A DNA stretch of 64,000 nucleotides from Candidatus Bathyarchaeota archaeon (GCA_963807605.1 CAWECG010000004.1:192001-256000), one strand, 5' to 3'. Positions 19,861 through 28,956 are shown, counted from the first letter of the stretch. Notes: generated by a model not told the origin, from the sequence alone. Made by a program: numbers and translations.

Positions 19861-20946
19861 ATGCTTCAATTCAGAGATCGAACTACTGCGAACAGGATCC
19901 TTGAGCGGTTAGCATCGATGAAACTCAGCTTGACCCTGATGCATGTCTGCGGCACCCATCAAGACACGATCGTCCGCTACGGATTAGACGCGTTGCTTGA
20001 GAAATGCGGTGTGAACATAAGACAAGGCCCGGGATGCCCTGTCTGCGTAACCACGACCGCTGAGATTGAAGAAGTGGTTACGCTTGCTAGATGCGGGAAA
20101 GTCATAGCGACTTACGGGGATATGCTCCGGGTTCCAGGAGCCTCAGGATCTCTTGCGGATGCACGCTCGGAAGGTGCTAGGGTTAGAATTGTATATAGCA
20201 TTACAGATGCGGTGAAGATTGCTGAGCAGGCTGAGGATGAGGTAGTTTTTGTTGCTATAGGGTTTGAGACCACGGCTCCGAGTACCGCGGTGACCCTGCT
20301 TGGTGATCCTCCGAAGAACTTCTCCATAATCAGCTGCCACAGATATCTGCCTCCGGCTCTGGAGGCGTTGCTTGGTATGGGTGAACTCAAACTGCAAGGC
20401 ATCATAGAGCCCGGTCACGTCAGCACCATAATCGGGACAAGACCCTATGAGGAGATCTCCAAGAGGTACAAGCTACCCCAAGTCGTCGCAGGTTTCGAGC
20501 CATTGGATGTATTGATGGCTGTCTATATGATAGCGAGGCAGGTCCAAGCCTCCAAATCGATTGTTGAGAACGAGTACAAGAGGACCGTAAGAAAAGAAGG
20601 AAACCTCAAAGCTCTAGAAGTTATGTCACAAGTCTTTGAGCCTTCTGACTCGAAATGGCGGGGGTTCCCCACGATACCGGACTCCAGGATGAAATCGAAG
20701 AGCGAGTTTGCTTCATTCGATGCCGAAGAGAAGTATGCTGACGACTTGAAGGCGGTTCTTGAGAAGGATTTTGTTGAACCTGTGGGATGCGGTTGTGATA
20801 GAGTACTCAGAGGATTGATGGAACCACAGGAATGTGCCCTTTTTGGTAAGGCCTGTACTCCGGAGCATCCAGTTGGTCCATGCATGGTTTCGATGGAAGG
20901 TTCATGTAACATCGAATACAGATACCGAAGGGCAGGCCTAGTCTAG
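19861..20946 (+). CDS. hypD: Hydrogenase maturation protein HypD
   Basis: HVCGTH, GPGCPVC, GFETT, PGHVS, GPCMVSMEGSC. Confidence 0.98.
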   Translation: MLQFRDRTTANRILERLASMKLSLTLMHVCGTHQDTIVRYGLDALLEKCGVNIRQGPGCPVCVTTTAEIEEVVTLARCGKVIATYGDMLRVPGASGSLADARSEGARVRIVYSITDAVKIAEQAEDEVVFVAIGFETTAPSTAVTLLGDPPKNFSIISCHRYLPPALEALLGMGELKLQGIIEPGHVSTIIGTRPYEEISKRYKLPQVVAGFEPLDVLMAVYMIARQVQASKSIVENEYKRTVRKEGNLKALEVMSQVFEPSDSKWRGFPTIPDSRMKSKSEFASFDAEEKYADDLKAVLEKDFVEPVGCGCDRVLRGLMEPQECALFGKACTPEHPVGPCMVSMEGSCNIEYRYRRAGLV

Positions 20947-21034
20947 ACTCATGGCCGGCGCTTCAAAACCTTTGGTCTCCCCGCCTAGCCGTGAAGGCTG
21001 AGATACAAGATTCATCATTTTTATATCTCTGCTG

Positions 21035-21556
21035 TTGTGTCAATCCTCAGCGGTGTTGCACTTGGACGCACTGGAAGCAATACAAAAGCGAAGAAGCATT
21101 AGGAAGTACCGATCCACTCCTCTATCCAAAGAAATAATTGAGAAACTCGTAGACGCTGGAAGATTAGCTGCGTCAGCAGTCAATATTCAACCGTGGGAAT
21201 TCGTGGCAGTTACACGTCAGGAAACCCGCAGAAAAATAGCTGACGCAGCGGACTATGGCAAGCATATCGCTGAAGCACCCCTGTGCATCGCCGTATTCTG
21301 CAAGGAGACCCCATTCTATCTTGAAGATGGGAGTGCTGCAGTTGAGAATATCTTGGTTGCAGCAACCGCCCTTAACCTGGGGACCTGTTGGGTTGCCGGA
21401 GACAAGACGTCATACGCTAATACCATACGAGAACTCTTAGCAGTTCCCGAAGGCTACAAACTGGTCGCCCTTATCGCAGCAGGCTATTCTGATGAACCAG
21501 ATATCAGGAAGAAGAAACGCGAGCTGAAGGACGTACTACACTACGAGGAATTCTGA
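21035..21556 (+). CDS. Nitroreductase family protein
   Basis: KRRSIRKY, ASAVNIQPWEF, AATALNLGTCW. Confidence 0.92.
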   Translation: MCQSSAVLHLDALEAIQKRRSIRKYRSTPLSKEIIEKLVDAGRLAASAVNIQPWEFVAVTRQETRRKIADAADYGKHIAEAPLCIAVFCKETPFYLEDGSAAVENILVAATALNLGTCWVAGDKTSYANTIRELLAVPEGYKLVALIAAGYSDEPDIRKKKRELKDVLHYEEF

Positions 21557-21586
21557 TATACCATCGTCACCACATTGACTGCCCAC

Positions 21587-21635
21587 TTGACACACCCCTG
21601 CCTAAAGCAGGGAGCCTTCTTGCTGAATTTGGTAA
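21587..21635 (-). mobile_element. IS200/IS605-family end remnant (hairpin-bearing end, no transposase)
   Basis: On the - strand: GAAGGCTCCCTGC-TTTAG-GCAGGGGTGTGTCAA, a stem-loop followed by TCAA, like IS605/IS1341 right ends. Confidence 0.55.
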
Positions 21636-21712
21636 GCGCGCTTGCTGTCTCTGGACTTGCAGATTTCTAGCGGCGTACGCATAGACGACTCAAGAACAAA
21701 TGGTGTTGACTC

Positions 21713-21925
21713 ATGGGTCAGTCCTTGAGTTTGGCGTTGAGGGGGGCTGTCGATGTCACCGCGGTACCTTCTGAGCTTCTTACGCAGTTGATTGCCGGGT
21801 TTGAAAGCGGAACTGGGATGGTTACTGTTGAAGCGTTTGTGGAGGGTATCCGCCGAGCATTCTACGTCTCAGGATTCATGGCGGCCTTAGGCATCTTAAC
21901 ATCGCTTGTCAGAGGCAGAGTATGA
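21713..21925 (+). pseudogene. C-terminal fragment of a DHA2 (EmrB/QacA) MFS transporter
   Basis: GQSLSLAL...AFVEGIRRAFYVSGFMAALGILTSLVRG corresponds to the last two helices only. Confidence 0.6.
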
Positions 21926-21989
21926 TGATGCTCAGCTGCGCGGCGCTTTTAAATACTAATAGGCGTGACGGTTTTGATGGTGTCGGAGT

Positions 21990-22397
21990 ATGAAGATACT
22001 AGTGTCCATCGATACGTCAAAGGCTGCTAGGAAGGTTGTAGCCTTCTCATGCGGATTGGCTAAGAAGCTAGAGGCAAGAGTCACTATTCTTCATGTGATT
22101 ACAGTTCCTACAGGAGTCGCAGTCGGAGTAGATCCAACATCCTTTCTGAAGGCAGGTGAGGAGTATCTGGCCAATTTCAAGCGCCAGGCAGAGAAGTCTG
22201 GAGTCAGAGCATCTACGCGCCTGGAGACTGTTTACGGTAATCCTGCCCACAGGATTGTAGAATTGGCTAGGGATGAAAGATTCGATCTGATAGCATTAGG
22301 GGCTATGGGAGAGAGTGAACTGCGAGACCTTCTTCTGGGGAGCGTCGCACACACAGTGTCCAGAAACGCCTCATGTCCAGTCCTGATTGTCAGATAA
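21990..22397 (+). CDS. Universal stress protein (UspA family)
   Basis: KILVSIDTS, GNPAHRI, DLIALG, LLGSVAHTVSRNASCPVLIVR. Confidence 0.93.
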   Translation: MKILVSIDTSKAARKVVAFSCGLAKKLEARVTILHVITVPTGVAVGVDPTSFLKAGEEYLANFKRQAEKSGVRASTRLETVYGNPAHRIVELARDERFDLIALGAMGESELRDLLLGSVAHTVSRNASCPVLIVR

Positions 22398-22460
22398 GTC
22401 GTGCCTGAACTAACCAGCAGTAAAGGCGTGTGAGAAGCACTTTACTACGTATGAATCACA

Positions 22461-22508
22461 GTTCAAATTTAGGCGCTCTCACCAGCTACGACACACACAC
22501 AAAAAAAA
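22461..22508 (+). repeat. Island site family, copy A (X-core-Z)
   Basis: GTTCAAATTTAGGCGCT-CTCACCAGCTACGA-CACACACACAAAAAAAA. Confidence 0.85.
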
Positions 22509-22516
22509 GAATCAAT

Positions 22517-22564
22517 GCCTAACGGTTCAAATTACGACGCTCTCACCAGCTAAGGTACACACAG
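22517..22564 (+). repeat. Island site family, copy B (X-core-Z)
   Basis: GCCTAACGGTTCAAATTACGACGCT-CTCACCAGCTAAGG-TACACACAG. Confidence 0.85.
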
Positions 22565-22676
22565 ATTAAAACGATAACGCTTGTTTTCTGACTGAAGATA
22601 CGGAATGGTAATGACTGGCTCTGCGTCGAAGAATTCGACGCAAAACTGCAATGAACTTAACGTGAGTGGTTTAATC

Positions 22677-24303
22677 TTAGTGTAGTTTGGCGCCGCACTT
22701 TATGCAGAAGTCGTTGGCGTCGGGATTTTCTGTTCCGCATTTTCCGCAGTAAACCATTCCAGGTGTTAGGGGTGTTTTCGTTGGTTGGGTGGGGGTTGAT
22801 TTTCGTCGACTCCGCAACGCGACCACAATGATGACGACGGCCAACAAGACCATGCCTGCAAGTATGAGGAGTTGGTTTTGCTGGATCACACTCATCAGGT
22901 CGCTTGATGTTTGAGTTGAGGAGGTTGAGGTTTGCGTTGCTGTTGCTGCGTTAACTGCTAGGACTAGGTTGCCGACATGAGTTAATCCTCCTCCACTCCC
23001 GGTTACCGTCAACGTATACGAACCAGTTGGTACATCGCTTGGCAATGTAACCGTGAGCGTCGAAGCGAAGTTTGGAGTTCCGGAGGGACTGCTGAAGACT
23101 CCGCTGGCGCCCGAAGGCAATCCTGAGACGGACAATGAAACCTGCGAGTTGAAGCCGTTGAGGGCGGTAACGCTCACGGAGTACGATGTCGTCTGTCCCT
23201 GAAGCACACTCTGAGAGGGGGGACTCACACTAATTGCAAAATCAGGGGCAGCCGAAACGATGAGAGTTACGGAGGCTGTATGGGTTACCCCACCTCCACT
23301 CCCAACGATGGTTAGCGTGAACGTTCCAGGCGAGACTGAGGACGCCACAGTAACACTTAGTGCTGAAGTAAATGGAGGTGTTCCTGAGGTTGGGTTAAAT
23401 GACGCGGACACACCGCCGGTAACCCTGACACGCTGAGAGCAACACTCTGCTGTGGCCCTGTTACCGGGTTCACGGCGACAGTGTAGCTTGCGCTCCCACC
23501 AGGAGTGGCGCTCTGCTGGGTGGGTGAAGTGGATAATGAAAAATCAAATTGCGCTACCGGTTGCGTTGTCGTTGGTACTGCTGGTCCGACAGTGAACGTG
23601 GTGCTCATTACGTTATTGCTGGGGTTCGGATCGTTAATCGTCGAAACCGACCAGGTTAACGTGTGTGTTCCTAGCGTTGCCGAACCACGGCGTCTGCGTG
23701 TTTACACTAGCCGGGGTTGCCAGTTGGTCCAGGGTAGGAGAGGGAACCCCCTCCCCACGAAGCACCATCAATTGTGCATTCCACATTAACAATCTGCGGA
23801 TATGAACCCGATGTCGAGAGTGCAACAAACACCGCGCTGAAAGTTACGGAGTCACCAACTTGAGGGATAGAAGGAGTTAGTGAGACTGACTGGATCGCCC
23901 AGTCCGTAGATACAGATGCCGATCCAACCACTGAAAAAAGTTTCTCTCCTAACTCAGTAGAGCCTCCGCCTGTTTTCAAGAACGAGACTGCCGCAAAGTA
24001 ACTTCCCGGAGTGATTATTCCAGGGACATTCACCTCGTAGTCTAACCCACCACTGATGCTCATCGGTGAGGCCTCCCAGATGGGCGTAACGCTGAAAGTA
24101 GGCCGAACAAAAACAACGGCCTTGCCGTTATACCCTGGGTCAGTGTAAAACGAGATCACGAAGGGTAAACCAGCATGTATGGGAGCTCCTGGAACGCCTA
24201 CGTGAACGTGCAAAACCCCTTCTACATTCTGAAAGAGCATTACAGATGAGATAACAACCACAAGTAAGATTGCAATCGTCGATTTAGCTAGCAAACCTTC
24301 CAA
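22677..24303 (-). pseudogene. Cell-surface protein (signal peptide, CARDB/Ig-like domains, Ser/Thr-rich repeats, TM helix, cytoplasmic zinc ribbon) split by three frameshifts
   Basis: ORFs 23707-24303, 23357-23608 and 22677-23411 join into about 541 aa with indels near 23714, 23684 and 23413; repeated DF.LS.SP...SY.V.V...VSLSVSGLP units; C-terminal YCGKCG..FCIKCG. Confidence 0.7.
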
Positions 24304-24385
24304 TTCTCGAGATTAAGTAGATAGGTCACGAAAGTATTTGAGGATTTACAAGTGTTCCTTTGATTCTCTGGGGAGGTGGATTGTA

Positions 24386-24412
24386 GGCCTAGTGGTGCGC
24401 ACACACAAAAAA
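24386..24412 (-). repeat. Island site family, degenerate copy C0 (Y-core)
   Basis: - strand TTTTTTGTGTGTG-CGCACCACTAGG. Confidence 0.45.
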
Positions 24413-24425
24413 TTAAAGCCTGGCA

Positions 24426-24465
24426 GTCCAAAATAGGATGCTCTCATCAGCTAAGGCACACACAA
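24426..24465 (+). repeat. Island site family, copy C (X-core-Z)
   Basis: GTCCAAAATAGGATGCT-CTCATCAGCTAAGG-CACACACAA. Confidence 0.8.
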
Positions 24466-24602
24466 CACTCCCAAGATTTACCACTTACTACTACACAAAC
24501 AACGAATCCTATCCCAACTGATACCGAACGGAAAACAAGTTTAGCACGCCATAATCGCCGGTTTCTCCAATGTCGAAGGGTTTTGCCACGTTCTTTTGCA
24601 GA

Positions 24603-25463
24603 CTAGAGGATAGCGTTCGCAATGTGGGCTCTCTTCGGTCCGTGAAGACCGTCTCGGCGATCGCGGAAATATCGAGCATCAGCATCCGTAGCTGATAGGA
24701 ATGACGCTCTCGAAAAACCCAACCCTTGCAACTTTGAGACCAGGTCATTTGGCTCGAATCGCGTAAGCCATGGCTCACCCTGCGCTGCCGCAAGTGCAGC
24801 AGTCGAGTGCGAAGGTTCGGTGCTCGTTTCTTTCACCTCTGAAGTCGGAGAGGCGAAGTCAAAAATGATCTCGCTTGACCGTGGGAGTGAAGCTACGAAG
24901 CGGAATACGACATCAACCGTGCTCGTCCTTAGGTACATCATGACACCGAGCCACGAAAAAAATGCAGGCTTTCCAAAATCGAAACCACTGTTACCCAAAC
25001 GCTCACGTAGGGAGGTGGTCTCAAAATCAAGAGAAACAAACTCGACGTTAGATGGAGTTTCTATCCCCGCCAAGGTCAACCGTTCGCGTTTCGAGCGTTG
25101 GCTCGCCACATGGTCCACTTCGAAAATGCGCAACGTTGTCGCCCAATGAGGTTGTCGATAGGGGAACGAGTCTAGGCCAGCGCCCAACATCAAATACTGC
25201 CTAACCCCATTGCCGACCGCTTCAGCCAGAAGATCCTCCGCATACCGGCTGCGCAAAACGATGTGCGATCGTAGCCCTCTCATCCTCGACGTGCGAAATC
25301 TATTCGGATTCAAGCGAATTTGCTCGAGTATTGATGTGCGAAGGAGCTGAAGCACGATAGGATCATCGAGAACCCTTGGTTCGTCATCAATAAGTTGGTG
25401 AACCGCACGAAGCACCGCCGCACCCAACGCGGTACGGCTAGGACGACGTTCCATCACATGCAT
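24603..25463 (-). CDS. SAM-dependent methyltransferase, leucine carboxyl methyltransferase (LCM/TIGR00027)-like
   Basis: SRTALGAAVLRA, RSRYAED, QYLMLGAGLDS, FEVDH, WLGVMMYL. Confidence 0.9.
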   Translation of the reverse strand: MHVMERRPSRTALGAAVLRAVHQLIDDEPRVLDDPIVLQLLRTSILEQIRLNPNRFRTSRMRGLRSHIVLRSRYAEDLLAEAVGNGVRQYLMLGAGLDSFPYRQPHWATTLRIFEVDHVASQRSKRERLTLAGIETPSNVEFVSLDFETTSLRERLGNSGFDFGKPAFFSWLGVMMYLRTSTVDVVFRFVASLPRSSEIIFDFASPTSEVKETSTEPSHSTAALAAAQGEPWLTRFEPNDLVSKLQGLGFSRASFLSATDADARYFRDRRDGLHGPKRAHIANAIL

Positions 25464-25608
25464 TCCGCCTCAAGAGCGGTGCAGAAATACTTCAACGTAA
25501 CAACTTCCGGATCTGAAGTCGCGAGCTACGCTAAAAGTCTTCGATACAGATCTCAAACATCATGAGGGAAAGAAGTTGGAGACACATATGATGTTGAACT
25601 CAACTCCA

Positions 25609-25657
25609 GTGTGTGTGCCTTGGCTGGTGAGAGCACCCAAAGTTGAACCATTAGATT
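25609..25657 (-). repeat. Island site family, copy D (X-core-Z)
   Basis: - strand ATCTAATGGTTCAACTTTGGGTGCT-CTCACCAGCCAAGG-CACACACAC. Confidence 0.85.
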
Positions 25658-25676
25658 TCTCCGTCGTTGGATCGCT

Positions 25677-25700
25677 TGGTGGGAGTATCGGGATTTGAAC
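25677..25700 (-). repeat. tRNA 3'-end-like fragment (island site copy D2)
   Basis: - strand GTTCAAAT-CCCGATACTCCC-A-CCA, i.e. T-loop, 12 nt, discriminator and CCA. Confidence 0.65.
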
Positions 25701-25890
25701 AGATGAAGAGAATCTATTGTTGCCTAGTTACAATCAAAGGTTCAGTCCCCGAAAATGTTGCAGAAACCAAAATCCTATCATAAAATTATGGAACCTTAAA
25801 ATAATCTACCTTGACACTTGCAGCAAGAACCCGTATTTCATGATCGAGGAACCAGCTTAGGAGCAAACATGAGGCCTGGGGAGAGGTTCA

Positions 25891-27633
25891 ATGGTTGAGT
25901 ACAAGTGGGTTGTTCTTTCGAACACTACACTCGGCACGTTGATGGCTTCAATAGACATCACTATAGTAGAGATTGCGCTTCCAGCCATCTTCAGAGGTAT
26001 CGCGATTGACCCGTTCACGTCCTTCGAATACTTGCTCTGGATACTCTTCGGCTACAGCATAGTAACTGCAACCCTACTCGTCACCTTCGGTCGAATATCA
26101 GACATCTTCGGCAGAGTGAAACTCTACAACCTGGGCTTCCTAGTGTACACTGTCGGCTCCGTGCTGCTCTACCTGACGCCTAACACTGGAAACTTGGGAG
26201 CCATTGAACTGATCTTATTCAGAATCGTCCAAGGAGTAGGAGGGGCCTTCCTATTCTCGAACAGCGCAGCGATCATTACCGATGCTTTTCCAGCAGAGGA
26301 GAGAGGCAAGGCATTGGGACTCAACCAGTTAGCTTTCCTCGGAGGCTCGTTTGTCGGGTTGGTGCTTGGTGGGGTACTGGCCGTCTATGACTGGCGATAC
26401 GTGTTCCTAATCAGCGTGCCATTCGGGGCTTTCGGGACAGCGTGGTCGTATTGGAAGTTGAAGGAGCTAGCAACCATACGAGAGGGGCAGAGGATCGATG
26501 TGTGGGGGAACATTACGTTTGGCGTGGGCTTGACGGTTTTCCTCATAGCGATAACCTATGGACTACTACCTTACGGCACCTCGACGATGGGATGGGGCAA
26601 CCCATGGGTAATAAGCGGCCTGATCTGTTCAGCTGCACTGCTAGTTGCATTTCCGTTCATCGAGACACGTGTTCAAGACCCAATGTTCCAGTTGCACCTT
26701 TTCAAGAGAAGAGCCTTTGCCGCGGGTAACTTCGCCGCTTTCCTAGCGTCTATTTCGAGAGGTGGGGTATCGCTACTCCTGATTATACTGCTGCAAGCGA
26801 TTTGGCTGCCGCTGCACGGCATCAATTATGAGGATACTCCTCTTTGGGCCGGGATCTACATGCTTCCGTTTACCGCGGGGTTCATAGTCATGGGCCCACT
26901 CAGCGGCTACCTCTCCGACAGGTATGGTGCGAGAGGCTTCTCGACTGCGGGCATGCTCACAACGGCAGTTGGGTACTACCTGCTTTCAACGTTCCCATAC
27001 AACTTTGCTTATCTTTCGTTCGCTGCGGTCATCTTCTTGATGGGAATCGGTATGGGTATGTTTGCTTCTCCGAATACAGCATCCGTAATGAACTCGGTGC
27101 CAGCCGAGCATAGAGGCTCCGCATCAGGAATGCGGAGCACCTTACAGAACACAGGTTCGGTCATAGGCCTTAGCATATTGTTTACGTTAGTTCTCTTGGT
27201 CTTATCGAGAGACATGCCTTCTTCACTTGCAGCAGCTGCCTCACAGGCTGGCGCCCCACAGTTATCCTCCGCGTTAACCCAGATTCCTCCAACAGCCGCA
27301 GTATTCGCGGCTTTTCTAGGCTACAACCCGATGGGCACGGTACTGAAGCAGCTTCCTTCGAAACTTACGAACTCATTGAGCCCGCAGGCGATCGCAGTGG
27401 TCACCGGAAAAGTGTGGTTCCCAACAGCGATCGCTAACGCATTCATGTCATCCCTAGGATTTGCTCTGTACTTTAACGCGGCATTAGCTGTTGTGGCTGC
27501 CGCCGCATCAGTGCTTCGCGGGAAGAGATATGTTTACGGGACGGGAGATGAAAAGCTGGAAATAGCTACACCAATAGTGAAGACTTCTAAAAGGGCAGAC
27601 CCGTTGCCTAACTCAGAAAGTCGCCCAAAATGA
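25891..27633 (+). CDS. DHA2-family (EmrB/QacA-like) MFS transporter
   Basis: LSNTTLGTLMASID, FGRISDIFGR motif A, FRIVQGVGGA, ERGKALG, about 14 TM helices. Confidence 0.93.
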   Translation: MVEYKWVVLSNTTLGTLMASIDITIVEIALPAIFRGIAIDPFTSFEYLLWILFGYSIVTATLLVTFGRISDIFGRVKLYNLGFLVYTVGSVLLYLTPNTGNLGAIELILFRIVQGVGGAFLFSNSAAIITDAFPAEERGKALGLNQLAFLGGSFVGLVLGGVLAVYDWRYVFLISVPFGAFGTAWSYWKLKELATIREGQRIDVWGNITFGVGLTVFLIAITYGLLPYGTSTMGWGNPWVISGLICSAALLVAFPFIETRVQDPMFQLHLFKRRAFAAGNFAAFLASISRGGVSLLLIILLQAIWLPLHGINYEDTPLWAGIYMLPFTAGFIVMGPLSGYLSDRYGARGFSTAGMLTTAVGYYLLSTFPYNFAYLSFAAVIFLMGIGMGMFASPNTASVMNSVPAEHRGSASGMRSTLQNTGSVIGLSILFTLVLLVLSRDMPSSLAAAASQAGAPQLSSALTQIPPTAAVFAAFLGYNPMGTVLKQLPSKLTNSLSPQAIAVVTGKVWFPTAIANAFMSSLGFALYFNAALAVVAAAASVLRGKRYVYGTGDEKLEIATPIVKTSKRADPLPNSESRPK

Positions 27634-27729
27634 CTCTAGACTAAAACAGAAACCGGAAGCAAGGCTCAGAAGAACTCCAAGTGAGACCTAGCACGCGCTT
27701 CTATTCACTTTACAGTTCTGAGGATCTAT

Positions 27730-27900
27730 GTGGAGACAAAACAGTTCAAGCGGATACAGGTGGCTGTTAATGGCTTCGAGAACGCCACTCGCGCAGCCAG
27801 GGTTGCCATTGCGTTAGCAAAGAAGTTCGGAGCGTAACTCATTGTATGCCATATCATTCCAACGCCAGTCTACTCTGCTCAAACAGTTTTCACCGTTCCA
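27730..27900 (+). pseudogene. Universal stress protein pseudogene (N-terminal part)
   Basis: VETKQFKRIQVAVNGFENATRAARVAIALAKKFGA*LIVCHII with in-frame TAA at 27835-27837; C-terminal half absent. Confidence 0.7.
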
Positions 27901-28160
27901 AGTGACACAATGCGAGGCTTACGGATCGAACCGATTTGCGGAGACGTTGGAAAGGCTAACTTGGTAGACACAAATGAAAATATGGCATCTAACTGTGCAT
28001 TCTATGCCTGGGAACTGGCTTGTTGAAACCAACGCCACACGCTCTGTTTGTCCGACTTCGTTGAGGAACACAATATAGCACGCGTGTTTCTAGATAAATG
28101 AGTTGAGTGAATCGCTAACGTTTAATAGCGTGCATGTTGAGCACAGCGGCAGTGAATGAT

Positions 28161-28412
28161 ATGCTAAAATGGGAATATTGCAGATTGTCCCTTCATGGTC
28201 AGAAGCCGATAACTGCCAAAGCAGTGTATTACAAAGCAGATGGAAAGCACACTGTGGACATCTCTGAAGGTGTGGACGCTGATGACGTAAGAAGCTCTGC
28301 CGCAGCCTACATGGCGAAAATGGGCGTTGAGGGTTGGGAGCTGGTGAGTGCTTCCGACACTATTGGGGCATTGGAGATAGTTTTCTATTTCAAGCGTCCA
28401 CTTGAAAGTTAA
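28161..28412 (+). CDS. DUF4177-like small protein
   Basis: KWEY...MGVEGWELVS...FYFKRP signature. Confidence 0.7.
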   Translation: MLKWEYCRLSLHGQKPITAKAVYYKADGKHTVDISEGVDADDVRSSAAAYMAKMGVEGWELVSASDTIGALEIVFYFKRPLES

Positions 28413-28437
28413 CAAGCCATACTATTTGGTAGTGGTG

Positions 28438-28496
28438 CCATATCTGGTTAGCGTGTGTGCCCTTTGGTGAGAGCACCATAATTTGAACTGTTAGAC
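28438..28496 (-). repeat. Island site family, copies E (X-core-Z) and E0 (core)
   Basis: - strand GTCTAACAGTTCAAATTATGGTGCT-CTCACCAAAGGG-CACACAC-G-CTAACCAGATATGG. Confidence 0.8.
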
Positions 28497-28498
28497 AG

Positions 28499-28521
28499 TT
28501 GTGTGTGCTCATCAGATAAGG
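28499..28521 (+). repeat. Island site family, copy F (Y-core)
   Basis: TTGTGTGTG-CTCATCAGATAAGG. Confidence 0.75.
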
Positions 28522-28680
28522 TCCAATCAAGCTGTTTTCTGGGGCTAATATGAGAGTGTCTGGGCTAGGGCAAGGGACTATGGGTCAGACATATGGGGAT
28601 AGTTGGATACAACGATATTCTCCGTATTACTATACTTCCCTTACGTTGTGCTGCTCTAGTAGTATTCAACATAGGTAATT

Positions 28681-28787
28681 GGAATAGTACGTCTCAAGAC
28701 TACTCTAGTACTATTCCCTGGGCTATCCCCCATTATCCCTCTGGCACAAATGACATTATCCCCCGTTATCCCAAGATCTCTGGTACA
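28681..28787. repeat. Inverted repeat plus iteron-like direct repeats
   Basis: GGAATAGTAC (28681-90)/GTACTATTCC (28708-17); TATCCCCCRTTATCCC at 28724-39 and 28757-72 (33-bp period); TCTGGYACA twice. Confidence 0.7.
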
Positions 28788-28808
28788 TTGTCCTTTCTTA
28801 GGTGACCT

Positions 28809-28937
28809 ATGGACCGTGGAATTGAGGAAGTTCTACGAGAATTACTGAGCTTGGCAGGAAAGAAGCCCCTATCCAATGATGACTTGCGCTCACCAGATAA
28901 GGTACGCACAAAAATAGTCTACTCTAACCTTAGCTAG
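28809..28937 (+). pseudogene. Short ORF apparently truncated by an island site
   Basis: AGGTGA SD then MDRGIEEVLRELLSLAGKKPLSNDDL; the repeat core begins at codon 27 and a stop follows within the next copy. Confidence 0.4.
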
Positions 28938-28956
28938 TGAGCACACATGCACAAAA
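28885..28956. repeat. Island site family, copies G (core-Z, +) and H (Y-core, -)
   Basis: + strand CTCACCAGATAAGG-TACGCACAAAAA (core 28889-902); - strand TTTTGTGCATGTGTG-CTCACTAGCTAAGG (core 28928-941). Confidence 0.75.

Noticed and set aside
28594-28740. Casposon terminal inverted repeats (GGGGATA...TATCCCC)
   Set aside because: Only about 8 bp match, and no cas1 or polB gene nearby
22461-28956. CRISPR array or classical integron attC array
   Set aside because: Copies are in mixed orientation, irregularly spaced and degenerate; there are no cas or intI genes and no R''-L''/L'-R' dyad symmetry
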